A stretch of DNA of 42,828 nucleotides from an uncultured Staphylococcaceae bacterium (GCA_964507285.1 CAZDPH010000002.1:1-42828); one strand, 5' to 3'; positions 24,750-34,084 are shown, numbered from the stretch's first letter. Notes: generated by a model not told the origin, from the letters alone. Translations and numbers: made by a program.

Positions 24750-26966
24750 ATGAATTCAAGCACTATTACAAAAGAAGAGAAAATAAGAAGACAAGTATTA
24801 ACTGGTAACATTCGGAAAGTAATAATTTACATTACTTTACCATTATTTTTATATCAATTTATGAATTCTTTCTTCAATTTATTAGATCAAATAATGGTTG
24901 CTCAAATTGGAGATAGTAGTGTTTCTGCCGTTGCAACAATTTCTCAAATTAAAACTTTAATTTCATCATTAGGCCTTGGAATTGCAGGAGGTGGAGCAAT
25001 TTTAGTATCTAGAAAATATGGAGCAGGCGATATTAAAGAAGCAAGAAAATACGCTAATAATATGTTTACTATGTCATTAATAGTAAATGCAATTTTTATA
25101 ATTTTAATACCTTTTTCTACATTAATATTAAAAATATGCCAAGTACCAGATGATTTATTATCTATTAGCGATGGTTATTTTAAATTACAAATGTTAGAAC
25201 AAATTCTTATTGTTTTTAATAACATTGCAATTGCATTAGAAAAATCAAAAGGTAATACTAAAATTATTTTAATAATGAACATTGTTAATATGGCAGTTAA
25301 ATTATTATTAAATTTATTATTTATTTATGGATTTAAAGTTGATAGTTTAATTTACATTGAACTTGCAAGTATAATTGCTCAACTCTCAATGTCAATAATT
25401 GCAGGCATATTAATGTTTAGAAAATCTAATATTTTTAGAATTACTTTTAAGGAATTAACTTTAAAATGGTCTTATTCTAAAGAAGTAATTAAAATTTCTT
25501 TTCCTTTATTTTTAGGAAAATGTATTATTTCTTTAGGTAAAGTTTCTGTAAATGCAATGTGTGGAGTTTATGGATCTTTTACAGTAGGAGCATTAGGTAT
25601 TTCAAATAATATATGTGGATTAGTTACTAATCCAGGAGCAGCTTTTGAAGATTCTCAATCATCTATTGTTTCTCAAAATCTTGGAAATCATAATATAAAA
25701 AGAACCTTTAAAGTTTTTTTAAGAAGTGTAGTAATTCTTGGAATTTGGGCATTGCTCGGATTTTTAGTTACTAGAGTGTTTTTTGAAGATCAAATTATAT
25801 CTTTATTTTCTACCGAAAATGTTGATCCAGAATTTTTAAATCAAATTAAAAATATTTATCAATATGATTGTTTATCAATTCCTGCTTTAGCAATTAATTC
25901 AGTAATATTAGGTTTACTTTATGGATATGGACAAACCTTTTTAGCTACTATTAATAATCTTTTAAGAATTGCAATTAGAGTATTAACTTTATTTATTTTA
26001 CAAACATTCTTTCCTGAAATTGGTGCAGAAGCTGCAGGTATTTCGATGGGAATTTCAAATATTGCAATTGGATTAATGGCAATTATATTCTTAATAATTT
26101 TCTTTATTAAAGTAAAAACAAAAGGATATAAAGGAATGAAATTGGATGATCCAGAACCATTAATGTTTGAAAAAGATGGAATATTAATTAGTCAAGATTA
26201 CACTAAACTTAATCCTCCTAATAATATTAAAAAAATATTATTAAAAGATTTAAATTCTTCTTTAAAAGGTGAATTAATAATTTCTTCTAATTTTAATAAC
26301 TCTACTCCAATTATAGTTATTTATCCAGGAGGAGGATATAGTCACTTATCTCCTAGAGAAAGTTATCCTATAATGCATAAATTTAATTCTTTAGGATATA
26401 ATACTGCTTTATTTAATTATAGTGTTTATCCTGATCATTATCCTTTAATAGAAAAAGAAAGTGAAGAAGTAATTAAATATTTATCAAAAACATATAAAAG
26501 TATTTATTTAATAGGTTTTAGTGCAGGAGGTCATTTAGTAGGTTTAACTTCTACCAATAAAAATATTAATAACTTAATTAAGGGATCTATATATTGTTAT
26601 CCTGTTATTACATTTAATAAATATACTCATGAAACAAGTAGAAATAACTTCTTAAATAATGAAATTAATGAATTAAATATTAATAATTATTCAATAGAAA
26701 ATAGAATTGATAATTCTACTCCTCCTTCATTTATATGGACTACAATTAATGATAAAGTTGTTCCTTGGATGAACACTTTACTTTATAAATATAATATGGA
26801 TTTATCTTCTAGATATTGTGAAATGATTATATATAGAGATGGAGTTCATGGAAGTGCTTTAGCAGATCTTTCAAGTATTACTGAAGATAATTTAGATTAT
26901 TATAATGAAGACTTGATGTCTTGGGTAATATACGCAGATGAATTTATTAAAAAAAATAGAAAGTAA
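24750..26966 (+). CDS. Fusion protein: MATE-family transporter (aa 1-~455, 12 TM) plus alpha/beta-hydrolase esterase domain (aa ~500-738)
   Basis: The N-terminal half has the MATE/NorM-like layout (LPLFLYQFMNSFFNLLDQIMVAQIGD..; internal repeat FPLFLGKCIISLGK..). The C-terminal half has the oxyanion motif IYPGGGY, nucleophile elbow GFSAGGH, acidic residue in TTINDKVVP, and His in DGVHGSA. Confidence 0.85.
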   Translation: MNSSTITKEEKIRRQVLTGNIRKVIIYITLPLFLYQFMNSFFNLLDQIMVAQIGDSSVSAVATISQIKTLISSLGLGIAGGGAILVSRKYGAGDIKEARKYANNMFTMSLIVNAIFIILIPFSTLILKICQVPDDLLSISDGYFKLQMLEQILIVFNNIAIALEKSKGNTKIILIMNIVNMAVKLLLNLLFIYGFKVDSLIYIELASIIAQLSMSIIAGILMFRKSNIFRITFKELTLKWSYSKEVIKISFPLFLGKCIISLGKVSVNAMCGVYGSFTVGALGISNNICGLVTNPGAAFEDSQSSIVSQNLGNHNIKRTFKVFLRSVVILGIWALLGFLVTRVFFEDQIISLFSTENVDPEFLNQIKNIYQYDCLSIPALAINSVILGLLYGYGQTFLATINNLLRIAIRVLTLFILQTFFPEIGAEAAGISMGISNIAIGLMAIIFLIIFFIKVKTKGYKGMKLDDPEPLMFEKDGILISQDYTKLNPPNNIKKILLKDLNSSLKGELIISSNFNNSTPIIVIYPGGGYSHLSPRESYPIMHKFNSLGYNTALFNYSVYPDHYPLIEKESEEVIKYLSKTYKSIYLIGFSAGGHLVGLTSTNKNINNLIKGSIYCYPVITFNKYTHETSRNNFLNNEINELNINNYSIENRIDNSTPPSFIWTTINDKVVPWMNTLLYKYNMDLSSRYCEMIIYRDGVHGSALADLSSITEDNLDYYNEDLMSWVIYADEFIKKNRK

Positions 26967-26984
26967 TTAAACTTTCTATTTTTA
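26955..26984. terminator. Bidirectional rho-independent terminator between convergent genes
   Basis: aatagaaagt-aattaa-actttctatt followed by tttt. 10-bp perfect stem overlapping the MATE-esterase TAA, with an A-tract on the other side facing the lipoprotein gene. Confidence 0.75.
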
Positions 26985-27533
26985 TTAAATACAATACTTA
27001 TCATTACAAATATATTCAATATCAAAATTATCTTGAAACTTATAAATATAATAATAATCAGTTTTAAAATTATAATTATTCATAAAATCTCTATAAATTT
27101 CATGATATGATTTTACCTCATTTAAAGATAATAATTTATTTTCATAAGCTTCTTTTAAAGTATAAGAATGATTATTAATGAAAACTCTTCCTAATGCTAA
27201 AGATCTTCTTACTTTATAATTAAAATTATACTCTTCTATTTGTTCTTCATATTTATTATCTAAAAATATTTCTTTTTTATCTTTAGTGCCATATTCAAAA
27301 GTTAATACAGGATAAATTCCATTTATTTTATTAAAATAACCAGTTAGAGATATATAATGATTATTTAAATCAGTAACATTAAATTCATCTTTTAAATATA
27401 TTTTTGAATATTCTTTTAATTTTGAAACAGTTAAATCATCAATAATTATTTTATTATTAATATCATTACAACTAGTTAATAATAAAATAGGAATAAATGA
27501 AATAATAATTCTTCTAATTCTTTTTATAATCAT
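26985..27533 (-). CDS. Small lipoprotein, unknown family (paralogue of 27514..28059)
   Basis: 182 aa. Signal peptide plus lipobox ILLLTSC. Shares with its neighbour the blocks I-E-E-Y-N-F-N-Y / I-G-N-Y-E-F-N-W and L-K-E-A-Y-E / L-S-K-A-Y-E at equivalent positions. Confidence 0.6.
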   Translation of the reverse strand: MIIKRIRRIIISFIPILLLTSCNDINNKIIIDDLTVSKLKEYSKIYLKDEFNVTDLNNHYISLTGYFNKINGIYPVLTFEYGTKDKKEIFLDNKYEEQIEEYNFNYKVRRSLALGRVFINNHSYTLKEAYENKLLSLNEVKSYHEIYRDFMNNYNFKTDYYYIYKFQDNFDIEYICNDKYCI

Positions 27534-28059
27534 TGGTTTCTCCTGTCATTCTTATATATAAAGAGTACTCATTTAAATAGTTATCCCATATATTTTTAAT
27601 ATTATTTAATATAGAATCATCTATATAATTACATTCATAAGCTTTACTTAATTTAACACTTATTCCTTCACTTATGTAAACAGGTACTCTTTGATATAAA
27701 ACTTGTGATTCTTTTAAAGACCAATTAAATTCATAATTACCTATTTTTTCTATTAAATCTCCATCTCCGTGACCTTCTAACATTCTATCACCAGTTTCAT
27801 AATCATCTAATAATAATATAAAACTATTATTAGTTAACCCTTTTCCTAAATAATAATAAAAATCTATTGTTCTACTACTAGAGCCAGTTAACATAGACAT
27901 ATAATTTTCAAAACAAAATTTTAAATCTTTATAAGTAAAATCTTTTACTAATATTTTATTATCATCTTCAATATAACTATTATTATTTGAATAATTACTA
28001 CATGAAAAAAGAAATGGTAAACATAATGTTATTAAACTTATTTTTTTAATTTTATTCAT
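27514..28059 (-). CDS. Small lipoprotein, unknown family (paralogue of 26985..27533)
   Basis: 181 aa. Signal peptide plus lipobox FLFSC. 8-nt overlap with the protease gene and 20-nt overlap with the next lipoprotein gene. Confidence 0.6.
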   Translation of the reverse strand: MNKIKKISLITLCLPFLFSCSNYSNNNSYIEDDNKILVKDFTYKDLKFCFENYMSMLTGSSSRTIDFYYYLGKGLTNNSFILLLDDYETGDRMLEGHGDGDLIEKIGNYEFNWSLKESQVLYQRVPVYISEGISVKLSKAYECNYIDDSILNNIKNIWDNYLNEYSLYIRMTGETNDYKKN

Positions 28060-29554
28060 ATTTTAAAGAGTCCTCATAACTTAAATCAACAATATCATTA
28101 ATAACTTGTGTTATTTTTGGATAATATAAACCATTTATAAAATCATATTCTTCTAAATATAACGATCTAGAATTATTTATAAATCCAATTTCAACTTTTC
28201 CTCCACATTTAATACAAATTCCATATCTATTTCCAGATATAATAGTTCCACCTTTTAAGACATGTCCTTCTTCTATCGTATTTTCACAATAATTACATAA
28301 TCCAAGATGCTTAGAAGTACTTAATGTAGAATACGTATATTCATGATTTGATGCATGAATTGAATTAAAGACATTTAATCTATTTCCATCAACACAATAA
28401 TCTTTTAAAGAATCTAGTTTATCTGCATATTTCATTATTTGATTTTTAACTTGAGATGAAGATAAATTTTTATTTTTCGATAACATTAACGCACAAGCCC
28501 CTGTAACAAGTGGTGCTGCAAAACTAGTACCATAACAATCTTGAAATTCATCATTATCATCTATAGAATAAATTCCATAACTTGGAGCAAATATATCAAC
28601 TAAAGAATCACTATAGTTGCTAATTGAACTTTTAGAATCATAAATAGTAGATTCTCCTACTACAATCATATTTTCTAAACTATATTTCGCAGGATAAACA
28701 AAATTAGTATCTAGATTCAAATTATCATTTGCAGCACTACAAATAAATAAACCATCAAAATTTTGAATAGAATTTTTAAAACTTAAAGAATTATCTCCGC
28801 CCATTGAATAAGAACAATTAATTAATTGAATATCAATAGGCAAATTATTAATATAATTCATAGCACTTATAAAATCCCACAACTCACAATCTTTTGGAAT
28901 CATTATGGATATTATATTTATATTTTCACACACGCCAGATTCAAACAATGAATTATTACTAGACCCGCCAATTATATAAGATACAGTGGTTCCATGACTA
29001 CTTCTAAAATTATCATAATCTCTTCCATCGATAAAGCTTTTAGAATAAGTATTATCTAATTTATTTGTCAACAGTGTAGAATTAAAATTAACTCCACTAT
29101 CAATCACAGCAACATTAATAACATCATTATTACCAGGTAATTCTTTTGCACTTTCGGATTCAATTATTTCATAGTTTACCTTTTTTGATAAAATACGTAA
29201 ATTGTTATTTGAAACATTGTTATCAGCTGATTCATCAATCGAGTAAGTTTTATTTTCTTCAACAAATAAAATGTTATCTTCATTATTTAAAATTTGTAAC
29301 GCAATTTCATAATGTATTTGTGATTGAAAATTAATTTTATAATAATTAGATTTCAAATTATTTAACGATTCAACATTATTAAAGCGAATATCCTTAATGT
29401 TTAAATAAGAAAGAAATTCATTCATTCTTATAAAATCTGAATTATTATTTACACAAACAATCATTTCCTTTTCATAGCTTTTATTATTAATACTATTAAA
29501 ATTAGTTAATGAAGAAATTAAAGGAAATAATATAAATATATTAAAAAGTTTCAT
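28052..29554 (-). CDS. Secreted subtilisin-like serine protease (peptidase S8) with C-terminal CxxC..CxxC extension
   Basis: 500 aa. N-terminal signal-like MKLFNIFILFPLISSL. Catalytic triad motifs VAVIDSGV (Asp), SHGTTVS (His), GTSFAAPLVTG (Ser). Tail: CNYC-x23-CIKC. Confidence 0.85.
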   Translation of the reverse strand: MKLFNIFILFPLISSLTNFNSINNKSYEKEMIVCVNNNSDFIRMNEFLSYLNIKDIRFNNVESLNNLKSNYYKINFQSQIHYEIALQILNNEDNILFVEENKTYSIDESADNNVSNNNLRILSKKVNYEIIESESAKELPGNNDVINVAVIDSGVNFNSTLLTNKLDNTYSKSFIDGRDYDNFRSSHGTTVSYIIGGSSNNSLFESGVCENINIISIMIPKDCELWDFISAMNYINNLPIDIQLINCSYSMGGDNSLSFKNSIQNFDGLFICSAANDNLNLDTNFVYPAKYSLENMIVVGESTIYDSKSSISNYSDSLVDIFAPSYGIYSIDDNDEFQDCYGTSFAAPLVTGACALMLSKNKNLSSSQVKNQIMKYADKLDSLKDYCVDGNRLNVFNSIHASNHEYTYSTLSTSKHLGLCNYCENTIEEGHVLKGGTIISGNRYGICIKCGGKVEIGFINNSRSLYLEEYDFINGLYYPKITQVINDIVDLSYEDSLKYE

Positions 29555-29559
29555 AATTG

Positions 29560-29588
29560 ATTATATCAAAACAAAAAAATAAAATCAA
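29560..29588 (-). promoter_or_regulatory. Near-consensus promoter TTGATT-17-(TGa)TATAAT, ending 5 nt before the protease ATG (leaderless-type arrangement)
   Basis: Minus strand read base by base: ttgatt ttatttttttgttttga tataat caatt ATG. Includes an extended -10 TG. No SD is possible in the 5-nt gap. Confidence 0.55.
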
Positions 29589-29589
29589 T

Positions 29590-30525
29590 TTAAAATTTCT
29601 TTTTAATCTTCGAAAAATCAATCTGAGAAATAATAACACTTATAAATACTAAAATACCTCCAATTATTTGAGGTATACTCATAAATTGATTAACATCACT
29701 ATATTTATAAAATGAATAAATAATAACTGAAAAACAAGATCCAAATACGCTTTCTAAAGACATAATTAAACTTGCTTTAGTAGGATCATAATTTTTTTGT
29801 CCAAGAAGTTGAAAAGTATAAGCAACTCCACTAGACATAATTCCTATAAATAATATAGATATTATAGATTCAATATTATAAGTATTTAAACTTAACCAAT
29901 TACTTCCTTTAAATAAAAACCCAAATATTAATGAAACAATCGCTTGAACAAATAATTGCTCACATGATAATAATAAACAATTTACTTTTTTAGAAAATAT
30001 TCCACAACTTATTATTTGAAATGCAAATAATATCGCTCCTCCAAATATAATTAAATCACTAACATTAAAAGAATTATCTTCATTAAAATTAAAAGATAAT
30101 AAAAATAATCCTATAAACGCAATAATTACAGAAAATAATATATTTAAATGAAGTTTTTTATAAATAAAAAAACTAAAAATAGGTACTAAAACAATATAAA
30201 CTGAAGTAATAAAACTAGTTTTACTTGCACTAGTGTTTTCAAGTCCTATTTGTTGTAATAAACTAGAAAATACTAAGAATAATCCACAAAGAAATCCTCC
30301 TAGAATTACATCTTTAAGTTTATATTTAATTCCATTTTTCTTATCTTTAATTAAACTATAAATAGTAATAGGTAAAAGAGTAATTATTCCTATAATACTT
30401 CTAAAAAATAGGACACTATAAGCATCCATGTATTTAGCACTTATTGATTGAGGTACAAAAGTAATTCCCCATATTAAAGCTGCTAAAAATAAAAAAATTA
30501 CATTTTTTAAACTACTTTTTTTCAT
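29590..30525 (-). CDS. EamA/DMT-superfamily transporter (10 TM)
   Basis: 311 aa. Two repeated 5-TM EamA-like halves (FLAALIWGITFV.., ..GVAYTFQLLGQK). Confidence 0.8.
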   Translation of the reverse strand: MKKSSLKNVIFLFLAALIWGITFVPQSISAKYMDAYSVLFFRSIIGIITLLPITIYSLIKDKKNGIKYKLKDVILGGFLCGLFLVFSSLLQQIGLENTSASKTSFITSVYIVLVPIFSFFIYKKLHLNILFSVIIAFIGLFLLSFNFNEDNSFNVSDLIIFGGAILFAFQIISCGIFSKKVNCLLLSCEQLFVQAIVSLIFGFLFKGSNWLSLNTYNIESIISILFIGIMSSGVAYTFQLLGQKNYDPTKASLIMSLESVFGSCFSVIIYSFYKYSDVNQFMSIPQIIGGILVFISVIISQIDFSKIKKKF

Positions 30526-30528
30526 ATT

Positions 30529-32931
30529 TTATTTTTTAGAAATTTCTTTTAATCTATTTAAAAATTTAATTAAATTCTTAATAACACTTTTATTATTAAA
30601 TATATTAATTATTAAATCTAAATCAGAATCATCAATTCCAGGAACAAATAATTTAAATTGTCTTAATGGAGTTCCAAAAATATATGCTTGAACTTCTTCA
30701 CTATTTTTAATTTTTTTGATACTCATTAAAATTTTCTTAACTTTTTTAGCACCTCTACTACCTTTATATATTGCAAAATTAAAACTAGATGAATAATCAT
30801 AATTTATTTCATTTATATCATGAATTACTATTTTAGAATCTATCTCTTTAAATTCTTCATTAGATAATGAAGTAATATCTTTTAAGAAATATTTATTACA
30901 AGCTAATTTATTTTCATTATCTAAATAAGGACTAATTATATCTTCTCCATCAATATAAATATCAAATTCTTTTATATCATTTAAAGAATCTTTAGAAACA
31001 TAAATCTTGTAATTACCTTTTTGAACTCTAAATCTATTTTCTTTAATATCAAAATATGCAAAATCTTTATAATCTAATTTTAAAGTTAAATGATAATTGT
31101 TATGAGATTTAACTTCTACTTTATCAAAATTAATTAATTCTTTATCAGGATTAAATATTAAATCATTAGGTTTTTTAATATAAATTTCTACTACTTCTTT
31201 AGAATCAATATTAGAATTATTAATTAAATCTAAATAAACACATAAAGATTCATCTTTATGTAAAGTATTTCTATCAATATTAATATTTTGATATTCAATA
31301 TTAGAATAAGATAATCCATATCCAAAAGGAAATAATACTTTATCTTTAAAAGATACAAAATATCTATAACCTACAAAAATAGATTCAAAATGTAAATTAT
31401 CATAATAATTATTTTTTAAATAATTAAAAGAAGGATGATCACTTAATTTTTTAAAGAATGTTTCAGATAATCTTCCACTAGGATTATTAAATCCAAATAA
31501 AGTATTAATTAATCCTTTAGAAATTCCTTCTCCTCCTAAATAAGTTAGAATTAATCCTTTAATATTATTAATAAATGGTAATTCTTTTACATTACCAGTT
31601 TCTAAAATTACTATAATATTTTTATTAACTTCACTTAATCTATTAATTAATTCTATTTGATTAATATTTAAAGAAGCATCTTTACAATCAAATCCTTCAC
31701 TATCATCTTCTTTTCTTGTACCTAAAAATACAACAACTTTATCTTTATTTTTAGCAAGTCTAATAGATTCATTAATTAATTTATTATTAATTGAAGAAGA
31801 ATTATCATATCCTTTAAAATATGTATAATGAGTATTTATTTTATTAAATTCAAATAAAAAATCATCTACTTTATAAGGATTTATCTCACTACTTCCTTTA
31901 CCTTGAAAATGAGGATTTTTAGCAAGTTCTCCTAAAATTAAGATAGTTTCATCTTTTCTTAATGGTAAAACATTATCGTCATTTTTAAGTAATACTAAAG
32001 ATTCTTCAATAGCTTTAATTGCAAATTCATGATTAGATTCATAATCTACTTTAGTATTTAAATCAATATTTTGATATTTATAAATAAAATTTAAAACATT
32101 TCTTAAAGGCTTATTAATATCTTCCTCACTTATTAATTTATTATTATAAGCATCTAATAATTTAAAGAAATTATAATTACCTGAATTAGGCATTTCTAAA
32201 TCAAGTCCATTAAATAAAGATTTAATAGAATCATTAACTCCCATCCAATCAGACATAATAAGTCCTTTATAGTTATATTCATCTTTTAAAACATCTTTTA
32301 ATAAATATTTATTTTCACATGCATATTCTCCATTAATTTTATTATAAGATGCCATAACTGCAGCTACATCAGCATTACTAATAATATTTTTAAAAGCACT
32401 TAAATAAATTTCATGAAGTGCTCTAGTATCTACTACTTCATTAATTCTAGCTCTTTCATTTTCAGTAGAATTACAAGCAAAATGTTTTAAAGTAGCACCT
32501 ACTTTTTCTGCTTCTAAACCAATACAATAATTTTTAGCAAGTTCACCAGTTAAATAAGGATCTTCACTAAAATATTCAAAATTTCTTCCACATAAAGGAT
32601 TTCTTTTAATATTTATTCCAGGACCTAAAACAACATTAATTCCTTTTGCTTTAGCGTCTTTCCCAACTCTAATACCAACTTCTTTTAATAAATCTCTAGA
32701 AAAAGAACATGCTAAAGCACTACTTGTTGGATAACAAGTAGAAACTTCTGCTTTTGTATTTAATCCAACTTCTAAGCCTACTTTTCTAATTCCATTTGTA
32801 GTATCACTCATTCTAATTCCATTTAAATTAAAACGATCATCTTTTTTAGTTTCCCAAAAATTAATACCACGTAAAAATTCTATCTTTTCATTAATTGATA
32901 ATTTATTTATTACTTCTTCAATTTTATCCAT
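30529..32931 (-). CDS. GH3 beta-glucosidase-like glycoside hydrolase with FN3-like and extra C-terminal domain, cytoplasmic
   Basis: 800 aa. KLSINEKIEFLRG, GPGINIKRNPLCGRNFEYFSEDP, nucleophile region GLIMSDWMG, later FPFGYGLSYS. No signal peptide. Confidence 0.9.
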   Translation of the reverse strand: MDKIEEVINKLSINEKIEFLRGINFWETKKDDRFNLNGIRMSDTTNGIRKVGLEVGLNTKAEVSTCYPTSSALACSFSRDLLKEVGIRVGKDAKAKGINVVLGPGINIKRNPLCGRNFEYFSEDPYLTGELAKNYCIGLEAEKVGATLKHFACNSTENERARINEVVDTRALHEIYLSAFKNIISNADVAAVMASYNKINGEYACENKYLLKDVLKDEYNYKGLIMSDWMGVNDSIKSLFNGLDLEMPNSGNYNFFKLLDAYNNKLISEEDINKPLRNVLNFIYKYQNIDLNTKVDYESNHEFAIKAIEESLVLLKNDDNVLPLRKDETILILGELAKNPHFQGKGSSEINPYKVDDFLFEFNKINTHYTYFKGYDNSSSINNKLINESIRLAKNKDKVVVFLGTRKEDDSEGFDCKDASLNINQIELINRLSEVNKNIIVILETGNVKELPFINNIKGLILTYLGGEGISKGLINTLFGFNNPSGRLSETFFKKLSDHPSFNYLKNNYYDNLHFESIFVGYRYFVSFKDKVLFPFGYGLSYSNIEYQNINIDRNTLHKDESLCVYLDLINNSNIDSKEVVEIYIKKPNDLIFNPDKELINFDKVEVKSHNNYHLTLKLDYKDFAYFDIKENRFRVQKGNYKIYVSKDSLNDIKEFDIYIDGEDIISPYLDNENKLACNKYFLKDITSLSNEEFKEIDSKIVIHDINEINYDYSSSFNFAIYKGSRGAKKVKKILMSIKKIKNSEEVQAYIFGTPLRQFKLFVPGIDDSDLDLIINIFNNKSVIKNLIKFLNRLKEISKK

Positions 32932-32932
32932 A

Positions 32933-34084
32933 TTAAATTAATTTAAAAGTTAATTTTGTAGGTTGATGATCGCTATAGCTAAAAGAATTATCATATGCAA
33001 TAACTTCTTCTACTAATATATTATTTGAAACAATAAAACCATCAACAGTAGTTACAAAACTAACCCCCTCCCTATAAACTTCATTAGCGTTTCTGCATGT
33101 AGGATTATTTTCTGCACCATAAACTTTAAAATTACTATCTATTTTACTAGTACCATTACTATCAAACATATTAGAAACCCAATCAGGTGTTTTTTGATTA
33201 TGTCTTGATGAAAATGGTAATTCTTCATTAGAATATTTTCCTTTTGTATTAGGATTATATTTTAATAAATCATGATTAAAATCTCCTCCTACAATAACAT
33301 AATTTCCTTTATCGTATTCATTTTTAATAAAAGAATTTAATTCATTAAGTTGAGTATTTCTTATATATCCACTTTCATCATATGCTGACATATGATTATT
33401 AATTAATACAAATTCTTTTGATGAATCTTTAATAGAAATTCTATTAACTTCAAAACATCTATCTAAATCAAAAAATTTATCAAATGAATTAGAAATTGTA
33501 TAACTTTTTCTAATAGATTCATTAATTTTATATTTACTTAATGTATTTAATCCACTTAAAGATTTTCCAATAGGATCATATAAAGGATATAAAAGATACG
33601 CACTATTATAATTAATAGCAAAAACATTATCGTAATCTTTAAAATAATCATTAATCATATCTTTTTGATTAACTTTATAATTTCTATCTGATTCAATATC
33701 TACTTCTTGAAATAAATAAAAATCACTATCTAAAAAGTAGGAATCTTCTATTATTCCATTAGTATTTCTTAATACTTCTTCTTTACTTCTTGCTTTACCA
33801 GAATGACCTGTAACTTCATTTCCAAATTCATCATATCCTGAATCCATAAAGAAAGTAAAATCATTTGAATATGCTCCAAAACCAATATTGTAACTTGTTA
33901 TTGATAAAGTTTCACTTAAACTAATTTCATTTTTATTAGAATTATGATTAATTTCTAAAACTTTATTATCTTCAATTCTAGAATAACTTCCTGCAACATA
34001 TCCAACATAACTTCCTACTACAAGAATAGGAACTAATATAACTCCAAGAGTTATAAAAACTGCAATTTTAACACCTTTTTTCAT
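32933..34084 (-). CDS. Membrane-anchored endonuclease/exonuclease/phosphatase (EEP) family protein
   Basis: 383 aa. N-terminal TM anchor IAVFITLGVILVPILVV. EEP motifs SYNIGFG, LFQEVD, VGGDFNH, C-terminal SDHQP. Confidence 0.75.
   Translation of the reverse strand: MKKGVKIAVFITLGVILVPILVVGSYVGYVAGSYSRIEDNKVLEINHNSNKNEISLSETLSITSYNIGFGAYSNDFTFFMDSGYDEFGNEVTGHSGKARSKEEVLRNTNGIIEDSYFLDSDFYLFQEVDIESDRNYKVNQKDMINDYFKDYDNVFAINYNSAYLLYPLYDPIGKSLSGLNTLSKYKINESIRKSYTISNSFDKFFDLDRCFEVNRISIKDSSKEFVLINNHMSAYDESGYIRNTQLNELNSFIKNEYDKGNYVIVGGDFNHDLLKYNPNTKGKYSNEELPFSSRHNQKTPDWVSNMFDSNGTSKIDSNFKVYGAENNPTCRNANEVYREGVSFVTTVDGFIVSNNILVEEVIAYDNSFSYSDHQPTKLTFKLI

Noticed and set aside
26985-29554. MIB-MIP (Mycoplasma immunoglobulin binding/protease) system
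   Set aside because: MIB and MIP are both large proteins (several hundred aa), and MIP is not a subtilase. Here the protease is a classical S8 enzyme and the partners are roughly 180-aa lipoproteins, so the cassette is not MIB-MIP.
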